From Gracilinanus agilis (Eukaryota), in the NCBI RefSeq assembly GCF_016433145.1, contig NC_058131.1, forward strand, positions 198,338,162 to 198,402,161: DNA of 64,000 nucleotides, in the 5' to 3' direction. Below, in pieces: positions 25,931 to 38,029 of the stretch (its first letter is position 1; every line of letters begins with the position of its first letter). The notes under the pieces are model-generated. The model was not told the origin of the DNA. It worked only from the letters and a program-made list of their open reading frames with translations, and did no database searches. Both the position numbers and the translations under genes were made by a program.

Positions 25931-28589
25931 CTGATAAACTTTTCTTTTTCTGAACCAATACTAGATAGATTTGATAATTTCTGCTTTATAATACAATTTA
26001 TAATATGGTAATGCTAAACCTTCTTCCTTTATATTTTTTATTAATTTGTTTGATATTTTTGATATTTTGTTTTTCCAAATGAATTGAAGTAAGGAGATAA
26101 TGATTGTGAAGAACATCTGTCACTTTGAGTAGGATAAATCATTTCCCTTAGTAATGCAAATAGAATAGGAAGGGCATTGGGGCAAATATACAGTAATGTT
26201 TGCACATAGCATCATTGGAGCTTAGATCTAGAGTTTTAAGAGACCTCAGAAGACATGAAAAATAATTGTATCACTTTATAGATAGGGAAATCAAGGTCCA
26301 TCAAGATTTTGTAACTTGCTTAAATTCCCATTAAGTTTCTTATAGGAAAAACGCAGTCCTACAAAATTCTCATTAGTCCTAAAAACCAAGTTTATAAAAT
26401 AATTGACTTTCTTGGATTGAGATAGAACATTGAAGCTAACTCCTCAATATTTCTGTGTGAAGAACGGTAACCAAAGATAATTGTTTTTTCTTTAATATAA
26501 AACCTATTTATGTTTAAGAGAAAAGGTGTATTAGCAAAATTTTGCTATGGTTAATAGAGACCTTTTTGGCCCATTAATTTATATTTTCTAGCAACAACAA
26601 ATTTTTTTTAAAAACAATTCTTAATGAGAGGTTACATGCTAAGTTATTTTTGTTTATTTCCTCAGAAAACTTTTATTCATTTCTTGCCAAAGCCATCACC
26701 TCATTTTCTAAAATTAAAAAAAAATCCTAATGATTAGGTATTGGCAGACTTTTAAAATATATAATTTTTTTTCATTCTCAAATATAATCCAATTTCTGGG
26801 GAAAAATCACCTAAAGGAAACAAGTGGATCTCGATAGAGTATTTGCCTCTCCCTCAGTTAATATATTCTGTTTCCATGAGAAAAAATACAGAAAGACTTA
26901 TGTACCCACTTTCATTAAGTATCAAGACTATCTGATTTCTTTTCCAATTCAAGATCTACACAGGAACCATTTCATGTCACAATACCTTTTATAATAAAGT
27001 TTATTCATAACTTAATATATAATGGAATAGTTTGTATGTGCTTCTATGTTGATTTGTTGTACTCAGAATTTTTTAAAATTTTTCTCCCATATGAAATGGA
27101 CAAACCAGAGTTTTCCTTTTGTGCTGGGGTCATATTAACTTTACAACTTAATCATATGTCCTTGGACATATTTCTCAGCAGAACAGAGTGACTGGTGGCC
27201 AATTACATACTGTTTAATGAGAAATGTTCGTAAGCATAGAGCAAAGGCCACGTCATTATCTTGGTTCTAAAGCAAGGGAAGAACATGTATACAAGTGACT
27301 TACTTTCCCACACTGAAAATAGTATATGTTTTTATTAATAGGCCGCAAATAGACGAATGATGATATCTAGTAAAACAGTCTGACTAGACTAGGTTCCTTG
27401 CTGAGAAGAACAGCAGGGGTGACACAGACATGAATACCTAGAATGACTTTCATTGCCCAGTCCCCTAAAATAGAAGCATAGTTACATCTGAATCATTTAG
27501 TCTAATTTTATCCCTTTATATTGAGGTAAATGATGAAGCTTATTTTCTGATACCAAAGTATTCCTGCCAGTCTCTATATGCATCCTTGATTAATGTACTC
27601 ATTAATAGTGTATTCAACAGTTGCCTAGTGTCCACTTACCTTAATGCATCTAAAACATTCCAAGTCCTGTTGCGTCCCTAAAATAATTCTAGTCCTAATC
27701 ATTAAGGACACATATCCAGTCTCTGGTTGTGGAGAGTGCTAGTATCTTTCTTTAAGATGTCATATTGAATGAATTATTTTAGCCAATTTCAGTTATTTAT
27801 CTATAAAATAAAATTCAAACTTTGATATGGAATATAAAAAGAAAGGGGTTAATAGAGTACTCGGGTTCCAGTATTGCTTTTGCTTTGAATATATTTATGT
27901 TACCTTGGACAAGCCATTTCAGCTCTCTATGATTCTCTTTGTTACCTTACCTATAGAACAAGAAGATTGGGCTAAAGCATAGGTTTTAACATTTTATTTG
28001 CCATCGGCCCTTTTGGCAGTTTCTTGAAGGCTATGGACCTCTGTTCAGAATAATATTTTTTGCCTTTTTTTTTTTTTAGAAAATAAAACTTTTATGCAAT
28101 GTTGGCCACATACAATCACCCTAGTATAAACATATACTATTTATGCAAAAATCTTGAGCCAAGGGTTATCCCTTTAAGAATCTCCCTTCTGGATTTCTTT
28201 ATCCCAAGTTTCAGCTATCTGAACTCTCCTAAGATGATATTCAAAGGGGTCCTCACCTCCAGAAAACCATATTCAAAGTTTATAAGGCAAATAGTTAGGC
28301 CCTTTCTTTTCATCCTGCAAAGGTGACAAACTTTTCTTGTCTTGGGCAAAGCTGACTTGTCCAACCAATTTCCTCTCCATTTTCAGCCCCATTGCTGAAT
28401 ACTTTGAAGATACTTCAACTTCTCTGTTCTTCTAACACCCTGTGCCCCACCAAAATGAGCTGCAAGGTAACTGAGTTGCTGTAGAATAAGAAGATTAAAT
28501 AAACTTAGTTAACACAGCTACTTCCTGGAATGTGGGGTGGCTTCTGATGCAAAAATTTTCCAATCTGAAAAATGAAGAGCCCCTGGTGT

Positions 28590-29264
28590 CTATTGTCAAA
28601 TGTCAGTTTATTGCAGTAGCCTCACTTTGTGGCTTCTAACTAACTGGGCATTCCACAGCCCCACTATTGATGACATCAATGGTATCATGAGGATGTCTGC
28701 CATCAGTATTGCAGCCCACAGATTCAGCTGTTCTGAGTATCTCTTTAATGGTTCCAGAGAGGTCTCTTGCCAGGAATGGGTGGCTCATCTGTTGAGCAAC
28801 ATTGAGAATTTCATCAAGACTAAAGTTCCCATTGTGTTTAATATTTTTTTGCTTCTTTCTGTCCTGAGGTGGTTCTTTTAGGGCTTTCTTTGATGATCAG
28901 GGCCGAGACTGAAGGTACTACCTTACTCTGGGTCTGTCTATTCTGAATGGTAAGTTTCACTGTGATCCTTAGCCCCTTCCACTCACAAGTCTCTTTGGCA
29001 CTGTCATCACCAACCTTCTTTGGAGACAAACCCAAAAGGGGCCACTTTTGGGGGCCAGAGCAGATGTGACACCAACTTCACCACCAGGGCACCTTAAAAA
29101 CATGACTTTAATTTCATTAGGGTCAAACTTGGGCAGGATGGCTGTGACGAAGGTGGAGGCTCAGCCTGGACGCTGTGGGGTAGCTCCTCGGTGTCAGATG
29201 AACCTAGATTTGGGATGACTGAAAGGAGTTGCACCTTCACCACCCACGAGCTGGGAGCCAAGAG
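28590..29264 (-). pseudogene. RPL12: Processed pseudogene of ribosomal protein L12 (uL11)
   Basis: Intronless. Reads (I)[30 protein letters not shown] / [44 protein letters not shown] / [70 protein letters not shown] 29139-28636 (504 nt vs 498): start codon lost, +2 and +4 insertions. RPL12-like 5'UTR and AATAAA (28607-28612) are present. Confidence 0.96.
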
Positions 29265-29882
29265 CTAGAATAATGTTTTTATATACAAAAGAAAATAAAT
29301 TATAAAGAAAACCAATTATACTGACATGCAGTTTTCAAAATACATATATTTTTTAAATCACAAGTTCACTATACGTGAAGAATCATTTGGTCAGAAGTTC
29401 TTTGAAGCCTTATCTAGTTTTATTATTCTGTCATTCTGGCTTCCTTTGCCTGTCATTCTGGTTATACTCTTGTCTGTAACAGTGCTCTTATTGTGCCCTG
29501 AATGTAACCAGTCATTCAGGCTACCATGAAAGCAGGACCAGAGGCCAGTTCAGAGCTAAACATATACTCTTGAATTTTTACATCCCATTTTCACAATGTC
29601 TCCTATGTATGCCCTTTCATACCTATCATCTCATTTTCCCCAAAACTGACTTTAGGCTAATGAAGGCATATACTATCTAATTTTTACAAATGGAGACATT
29701 ATACTTTGGCTTAAAGTTGATTTCTGAAGGCCACATGACATCTATTTCACACTGTTCTTAGTCTTTAAAAAAATAGGTGATTTTCAGAGAAAAGAAACTG
29801 ATGCTTTGAATTTTTGCCTTAGTTGATAGAAATTAAATGGAGCATCCTTAGTTTCTAGGCAGGGTTTTTAAGAAAACTAGAT

Positions 29883-30375
29883 TGTGATGGACTGTTGTGC
29901 TCAAAGGAATAATGAACTGGAGGAATTCTACATGAACTGGAATGACCTCTGGGAATTGATGCAGAGCAAAAGGAGCAGAGCCAGAAGAACATTATACACA
30001 GAGACCAATACACTGTGGTAAAATAGAATGTAATGGACTTCTCTACTAACAGCAATGCAATGACACAGGACAATTCTGAGGGACTTATGAGAAAGAACGC
30101 TACCCACATCCAGAGGAAGGACTGCAGGAGTGGAAACACAGAAGAAAAGCAACTGTTTGAACACATGGGTTGATGTGGACATGATTGGGGATGTGGACTC
30201 TAAACGACCACCCTAGTGCAATTATCAGTAATATGGAAATAGGTCTTGATAGATGACACATGAAGAAGCCAGTAGAAATGTGCATCAGCTATGGGGGATT
30301 AGGTGGGTTGGAGGTGGAGGGGAGAGTAAGAACATGAATCATGTAATCATGGAAAAAATTTTCTAAAAAATAAAA
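29883..30375 (+). mobile_element. L1 3' end (ORF2 tail, 3'UTR, A-tail)
   Basis: Closely similar to 3170-3644 and 51890-52395. Confidence 0.9.
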
Positions 30376-30859
30376 AGGCCCACAAAAATGACAATTGGTT
30401 ATTCCATACATCAGCTGTATGAAGTGAAGATGGGAAAGAACTGGAATCCTTATCCTTGTATGATATGAATATAATACTACTTCTTGCATTAACATATTTA
30501 CTTGAATGACCATGCTTGGGTTGAAAAGAAGGGACAATAATAATTATTTAAAAGACAAAAAGAAAATCTCTTTCCATTTTATGATATTACTTTACTTTAT
30601 AAATTAAGGATCGTTATCAAAAAGAATAAAACTTAATTTTGCTGATTTTTAGAAATTAGAGCTTAACAGATTCTGATTAACTAATCAACTCTAAATGAGG
30701 TGTTCTCACCAATATGTACTCAGGACTTTTTTCCACCAGGCCCTAGAAATCTTCAGCCTGGAAGTTCACATCAGTCACAAAATTCACATGCTAGAAATTA
30801 CCTTCCTCTCTGTACCCACTCCTATTTGAATGGCTTCTTGAAGAACCTCTATTTCTATA

Positions 30860-31105
30860 CTGATGCCACATGTCCAGTTCTTCTCTAAGATACAATTCAG
30901 GCTCTATTTCTTTCTCCCATTTTTAGTTTCCTTTGCAATGGCATCTTCTCTCCCTCACTATTCAAATTTAGAATTTGATTGTAAGCTCCTCAAAGGCAAG
31001 GGATATTTGAGTGGAATTTCTACTCGTATTTATTTTCAAAGAGGTCAGCATGGTTCCTGCAACATAGTATATGTACTTAACAAATGTTTGTTGAATGACT
31101 GGAGT
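30860..31105 (+). mobile_element. L2 3' end
   Basis: GATTGTAAGCTCCTCAAAGGCAAGGG...ACATAGTATATGTACTTAACAAATGTTTGTTGAATGA. Confidence 0.75.
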
Positions 31106-31224
31106 AATGTGATCTGAGTTGTTCATAGGGATTACTACTGTCGTGATTAGAATCAGGTAGAAGGAAAAGCTCCTATATTAGACTAAATTAAATATAAGAT
31201 TTTTGAGCAAGAGAGATTGTGGAG

Positions 31225-31413
31225 GGGGCAGCTGGGTAGCTCACAGGCCTAGAGACAGGAAGTCTTAGGTTCAAATCTGGCCTCAGACAATTCCCAGCTG
31301 TGTGACCCTGGGCAAGTCACTTGACCCCCCATTGCCTAGCCCTTATCACTCTTCTGCCTTGGAGCCAATACACAGTATTGACTCCAAGATGGATGGTAAG
31401 GGTTTAAAAAAAC
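31225..31413 (+). mobile_element. SINE1_Mdo-like SINE
   Basis: GGGGCAGCTGGGTAGCTCA...GGTTCAAATCTGGCCTCAGAC...GGTTTAAAAAAA. TSD AGATT(G/T)TGGAG at 31214-31224 and 31414-31424. Small deletion just after GTAGCTCA. Confidence 0.95.
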
Positions 31414-32397
31414 AGATTTTGGAGTTAGACACAAGAGGACTACCTGAATGCTTGAACATGTGGAAGAGAAGATAGAAAATAAAAGGAGTCAATTATGACT
31501 ATGAGGTTAAAAGCATGAGGAACTAGGATCCATTTTTAATCATTACCAGTATCTCAGTCTGACATAGAAAGTCCTCATCCCACAAACCAACTTTCCAGTT
31601 CTGCCCTAAGACAAGACTTTTGAGTTAATTTTGTGCAATCCCAACAACACTAATAATTCATTATGTTTCATATCTGCTAGTTATAGTGCAACAAATTGGT
31701 TATGAGCTCCATAAGGGCAGATAATATGTTCTATACTTCTCTAAACCACTTTGTTTCCTGCAAGAAGCTAGATATGCAGCAAATAGTCAGTTAATATTTT
31801 GTGGTTATTTCACTGGTGACAATTAATGAAATCTCGCTAAACATGGCCTGATAGAAAAAAAATTAATGACCTATAAAATATACAGTATTGCAAACAAAAT
31901 AAAACTGTATTGCTATCACATTTTGAACTAAGCAATTAATGATGTTTTCTAACAGAAAGCCTTCTGGCCCTTATTTAATGCATAGATAAATAATTTTTAA
32001 TCTGTACAATTTATATAGAAATAATGAGCATGCTGTTCTTTTAAAGATATTTGTTTTCCTAAATAGGCTAAAGAGACTCTATATAATCTTATTTACATGT
32101 ATAACTTGATGAGTTTATCCTTTTTGCTTATTTCTTTATAGACACTGAACTATCCCATCAATAATAATGCAGTTAGTGAAGTTGAAATTCATGAGATCTT
32201 AGTGTGGTTAGCTGTATATTAATGAATCACACATGGAAATGTATTGCCTAAATTTTACCTTACCTACAAAGGAATCCATTCTATGGTGACCTCTCCTAAT
32301 TGGGACATTGCTAAGTAAAAAAGGTATCTGAGAAGCCAAACACCATTCCACAAAGCCTCTACTCTGTAGCTCAATTATTTAAATCCTAGAAATGTCA

Positions 32398-33120
32398 AGG
32401 GGAGGATAGTGGCAGTAGCCAGGGCAGCTGTAGCAGCCACTACAGTGGCAGCAGCAGATCAGGCCAAGATAGTAAAGTGAGAAACACTCAAAGCCTTCCA
32501 ACCACCCTCCAAACAATGACAAAAGAAGCAAAATGCCTCAAAATGAATACTGGAGTAGCAGAACTAAAAGATGAGGTGAAGCAGTGCTTGGGCCCATACC
32601 AACTTTAAGATAAAACAAAGAAGACACTGAGGTATGAGGAGGGAATGCTGAATAAACCTTAGCAGGACTCAGACACAATAGAGTACAAGCAAAAAATAAA
32701 GAGAACAGCTGGCTCTGTCTAGCCTTAGTAAGAGTAAGACAGGAAACCAATGCAACACAGAACTAGAAGCAGTGGGAAAAAAATAGCCCTGTATAATCTA
32801 GTGAGAAGAGAGGCCAGGCATGATGCAGTACAGGCAGCAGTGAGAGAAACTTAGCTCAACAAGGTCCAGCCTCAGTGGGATGGGGCAGAAGTCAACTCTA
32901 ACCAGTTGAACTGAACAGCTACAAATATCCATATGGCGGGCCAACCAGGCTACCTCTGCAGAATGCTCAGTTTGAGAGACAGCTGAGCTGATTGCAAATA
33001 TAGCTCAAACACTAGACAATACTTCCTCCATCCCAGGATTATAAGCTTCAGCACATAGATAAAATCAAGAGAAAAAATAACCCCACAATGAGCAAAATAC
33101 AGAGAAAAAGTATTCTTCAT
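32398..33120 (+). mobile_element. L1 5'UTR and ORF1 start, isolated fragment
   Basis: GCCAAGATAG L1 5' motif and 5'UTR-like sequence ending at ATGAGCAAAATACAGAGAAAA (ORF1 MSK start). Confidence 0.55.
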
Positions 33121-33124
33121 TTGA

Positions 33125-33625
33125 ATTTTTCTCCAAGATCTCATTTCTAGATGACAACCATTTAAACATTTGAAGCTAGGGATCACCTTCCCCAACTCCA
33201 AAGTCCTGTCATCACTTTTTCAGTCCATTGCCAATTTCTTTGCTACTTCCCCATTTTCAATGGTTTTAAGTTCTCTTCAATCTTGCTGGACCTAAAGTTT
33301 TTCCATATCCTTAAAATAGGGCATCATGAACGAAACACAAAAATTTTAACAGTGACCTGTCTGATATAGAAAAGAGTACCCTTACCTCTCTTAGAGGTAT
33401 TAGTTAATTCCACCTAATGCTGTATTAGCTTTTGGGACTGTCACGTATCACATCATTTTCTTATACAGAGCTGCAAACAAAGAGATTTGGAAGGGATGTC
33501 AGGAGCTATTTCCTTTAATCCATATCTAAACAGGAACACCCTCTCACTCTGCTATAACTTTCTTGGCAGATCGTAGTCAAGACTGTCATCAAAAAACTTC
33601 AGTAATGGAAAACTATTACACATGG
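33125..33625. mobile_element. CR1/L3-derived fragments
   Basis: Diverged similarity to the CR1/L3 3' region and to 3820-4020. Confidence 0.45.
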
Positions 33626-34759
33626 AGACTATTGGGGAGGTGGAGATTGTGAAGATTGGGAATGGTAACATAAATTGGGTGGTGAGAATAATGTGACAAA
33701 AATATAAACTAATATGATGAAAAATAGAATATGATTGTTACCTAAGAAGCATTGCTTGAATTAAAGTCACATACATACAAAACTATCAACCTACATACAG
33801 ACAATGATAAATGATAGTCTTTTGAATACAAAGATAAAATTATAAATCCCTTTTCCGCAAAGCATGATGGTTGAGTTTGGGATTGAGCATTACCATCTAA
33901 ATGCTATCCTTTCATAGAGTGAATTTGATGTAAAATTAGGAAGACACAATTTTGAATAACCTTTTGTGCAAAAGATGTATCTTTTTGTTCCATATGACAT
34001 ATTCTTTAAATATATTTCTTATATGTCTTCTAAAAATGAAACTTCTTATGTATTTTGAGTTGTAACTTATTTAATTTTTAAGTTAAACTTTTGGGTAAAT
34101 TATGATACTAAAGGCCGATTTGGTTATTTCTGTTAAAGCTAAGTGATACTTAGCTTTATAGATAGATACTTCTGGAATTATTAAGTTAATTATTTCACCT
34201 AACAGGTTAATCCTATATATTTTGTTTATATTCAGCTGTAGGTCTTAAGACAATAACTGTCTCTTACAAAAGAGATATTATATTTCTTTATTCATAGGAA
34301 AAAAAACTAGTATTAATTCTGAGTATTGTTCTTTGGCTCCTGACCAAAAGTCATAGTTATATTTGAATATGTACTTTCTTCATACACATAAAACTATTTT
34401 TAAACAAAAACAGCAAGAGCAACAATAAGGAAACATTTTTGCCAGGTAAATGGAAAAAAAAACTGAAAAGAAATCCACAACTTAGTTGCCTCAGTTTTCA
34501 ATTTGCTATTCCTATTTAGTAATAATCCAGGGAAGGAAGATATAATTTTCCAGTTTGTTTGCATTGCTCAATGATTTCTTACTTCAAAATGAATTTATCC
34601 AAAGGAACAAAGCATCTATGCTTCAAAAAGAAGTTACTTCTATTAAAGGATTGAAAGATTTTTATTTTCCTTCCTTTTTAATGAATTCAAGGCTTATGAC
34701 TTCAATAATAGGATTAGCTAACATGTATAGTATGCTTTTAGATTTGAAAATTATTTTAC

Positions 34760-34935
34760 ATTTATAATCCAATGTGATCCTTGTAACAACCCTGGAAAGC
34801 ATTTGCTAAAAGTGATATTGAAGCAAATTGAAATGAATTGAAACCATAACTAAAATTATGTGAATCGCCTGTGGTCACACAGTTATTATACTGGAGGTGA
34901 AATTCAAACTCGGGTCTCTCCTTGACTCCAACTTT
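34760..34935 (-). mobile_element. MIR SINE
   Basis: Antisense CORE (GGTCACACAGTTA...GAGGTGAAATTCAAACTCGGGTCTCTCCTTGACTCC). Confidence 0.7.
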
Positions 34936-35233
34936 ATTACATTTTTCTTCATAGTATGTTGCCTTCATTAAATATTGATTTTCACAAACAGTTCTTGGAT
35001 AGTTAATTCTTAGCCTTCAAATTTACTCTAGTTTGAATCATTTGATGATCAATTCCACAGTTTCCATGCCATGGCCAATATTATTTTAAAGATAGACACT
35101 GTTATTTAACATCAGAAATATTGCTAAAACTGAGCTGGAAATAGATGTGATCTCTTCTGATTTATTTATACTTTTTAAGATGGAATCACAGAATCGATAC
35201 ATTTTAAAATTCAAGTTAATTATAATTTTAAGC

Positions 35234-36560
35234 AACTTTTACATTACAGGCATTGTGCTAAGCACTGATTTAATAGAGAAAGGTAAAAGACAATCCCTAT
35301 TTTTAAGAAGTTCACAGTCTTAAATGGGGAAAACATACAAACAACTATATACAAGCAAGATATATACAAAATAAATTGGGGGTAACTTCAGAAGGAAGCC
35401 ACTAATATTGAGGACTAGGAAAGTCTTCTTGCAAAAGGTAAGACTTTACCTGAAACTTAAAGGAAACCAGGAATCAAATATGAGTAAGGAGAGTTTTCCA
35501 GATATATCAGACAGTGAGAAAAAAATGTTCATAGACAAGGGATGATGTGCTTTGAGAGAAGCACAGCAAGGAGGCCAGTATCACTGGATTGCAGGATATG
35601 TGGAAATGATGGGGATAAGAAATATGAAGACTGGAGAGGTAAAAAGTTATGAAGATCTTTAAATCCAAACAAAGGATTTTATATTTCATCTGGCAGTGAT
35701 AGGAAGCTCTATATTGTACTGTATGTGGTTTTCAGTGATACATTTACTGGAAGAACATTTTGATAGCTGAGTGAAAGATGGACTGGGGAGAAGAAAAACT
35801 TGAGGAATGGAAACCAAAAATAAGGCTTTTGTAATAGTCAAGTTGGGAGGTGATAAGCATCTGCTTTAATGTGTTTGCAGTGTCAAAGAAAAGAAAAACA
35901 TATGTACTAGAGATGTTGAAATGTAGCAAGGGCAGCACTTGGTAATTGATTGAATATGAGGAGGGACTGAGAAATAATTAGTAATAGAAGATAACACCTT
36001 GTTTGTGAGTCTAGTGACTTGGAGGATATTGGTTCTCTCAACAAGAGAAGGGAAATTTTGTAAAGGGGAGTATTTAAAGAAAGTGATAATGAGTTCAGTT
36101 TTAGGTGTGTTGAAGTTAAGATGTTTACAGGACCTCCAGTTTGAGATATATAGAAGAAAGCTGGATATATGAAATTGAAGGTCAGGAGACAGATTAGGAC
36201 TGGATAAATAGATTAGAGCAGTGATGGGCAAACTACAACCCACGAGCCAGATGCGGCCCCCTGAAATGTTCTATCTGGCCTCCACGACATTATTCCTAAT
36301 CTGAAGCATACAATGAGTAGGATACAATACAATTAAACTTCGAAAGATTTGCCTTAGAAACAGACTGACAGATGAGCATTTCCTTTCCTTTGGCCCCTCT
36401 TTAAAAAGTTTGCCCATCACAGGATTAGAGTATTAGCTGCATGGATTATAACTTAAAACAAGGGAATTGATGAGATGATCAAATAAAAATCTTCATGGAA
36501 TATACCAAAAAATACTAATAGAGATGATATTTCATATAACTTCAGTGCTTAAAAAGATAA
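35234..36560 (-). mobile_element. L2 3' region, interrupted by an hAT MITE
   Basis: CAGGCATTGTGCTAAGCACTG antisense L2 terminus followed by purine-rich L2 body. Confidence 0.75.
36219..36422 (+). mobile_element. Young 204-bp hAT MITE with perfect 8-bp TSD
   Basis: TIRs CAGTGATGGGCAAACT / AGTTTGCCCATCACAG (15/16). TSD GATTAGAG at 36211-36218 and 36423-36430. Several CpGs retained. Confidence 0.93.
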
Positions 36561-36749
36561 ATGACTTCATAGTGATAGGGAAGTTGCATTTCCTCTCTGT
36601 AATCATATGATTCTATGAACTATCTTCTAATGCAGATTCTCTATAATCAAATAGATGGTCTTCATGTGTTTTTGTGGACCACAATTCCTCATTTGTTATC
36701 TTATTCTTTGGAACTGAGCTTCTTTTAAATTTTGGCTTTTCTTTTAATC

Positions 36750-37320
36750 AGTCCATCAATAGACATTTATTAAATGGCTAATATGTGCCAGGCAGAGTGC
36801 TAAGTACAAGTAGAGACAAAGGACAGTCTCTTCACTTAAGTAGTTTGCAATCCAATGGAGAGACAACATACAAATAAATACACACAAAGCATCTATAGAG
36901 AAGATAAAAAAGGAAATAATTCACAGAGAGAAAACATTAGAATTAAAGTGGGGATTTTAATAAAATATGGGATTTTAGTTAGAATTTAAAGCAAGTCAGG
37001 GAGACTGGTTTTCAGAATGAGCAAGAGAGAGCCCTCCAGGCAAGGGATATAGCCAGAGAAAATGCTCAGAGCCAAGACATGGAATGTCTTTACCACAGAA
37101 CAGCCAAGACACAAGTGTAACTAAATTGAAGACTGTTATTCAGGGATTAAGGTGTAAGAAGACTGAAAAAGTAAGTAGGAATGAGGCTAGGTTATGAAGA
37201 ATTTGTAATTCAAATTGAATATTTTTGATCCTGGAAGCAATCAGGAGTCAAAGAAGTTTATCAAATAGGAGATGACGGGATTGATATAACAGGGCTTGTG
37301 CTTTAGGAAAATCACTTCCT
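36750..37320 (-). mobile_element. L2 3' region
   Basis: CAGTCCATCAATAGACATTTATTAAATGGCTAATATGTGCCAGGCAGAGTGCTAAG. Confidence 0.75.
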
Positions 37321-38029
37321 CTGGCAGACAAATCAAATATTACTGTACTAAAAAGTGAAGTGTTCTCAGAAATTCCAAGAATGATAAGTAGAACCGTAAA
37401 GCAAATGATTGACTATTTCTTTCATGAATGACTTTGATTCCAGAGACTTTTTTTTAAATACTACCTGCCAGAGCTAGTGCTTTGTCACTTGCAGTAACAA
37501 AGTTACTTATAGTGCTTAGTTACTGTTAAGAAAATGAGGTCCCATATCCTAAATCACTGAATATATTTCCATGGTACTACATTAAATAAAAACTATTATT
37601 TTAAGTAATTTTGAGGAATTGAAATTTTAAAAGTTGCCAATGAAAAAATATTGATATTTTATTATTGTTCAGTCATCACTGTGCCTCCAACCCTCCCTTT
37701 TCTGGTTATACCTAGTATTTATATAGTGCTTTCAAATCTACAGAACGCTTTTGAAATATTACCTAATTTGATCTCTAGGAAAACTTTTGTGATAATCCCT
37801 ACTATACCAGAAAGGAAATTGAATTATATAGAGGCCAAATGACTTAACTGGAATCACAAAGCTATAAATTTTTGAGTTAGGGATTCAAACTCAAGTCCCC
37901 CATATTTTAGTCTAGTTCACTGTATATTGTACCACGTAGTTGCCTGTGGAATACTAGCTCCATTTTTTCACTACATTCCACTCTCATGGTCACCACCAGT
38001 AGAACTGTGGTTATAATTAGGTTTTGATT

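Larger units (their letters stand above)
23625..26090 (-). mobile_element. Old L1 3' region split by a solo LTR and a SINE
   Basis: Antisense L1 3'UTR/ORF2 (CCAATTGATGGACATCTCCTCAATTTCCAGTTATTTTGCCACCACAAAG). The L1 resumes at 25430 after the LTR and at 25931 after the SINE. Confidence 0.85.

Noticed and set aside
27248-27256. UPRE/CRE-like CCACGTCA (TGACGTGG)
   Set aside because: A single short motif without promoter context.
28600-28881. 93-aa plus-strand ORF
   Set aside because: It is the antisense shadow of the RPL12 pseudogene.
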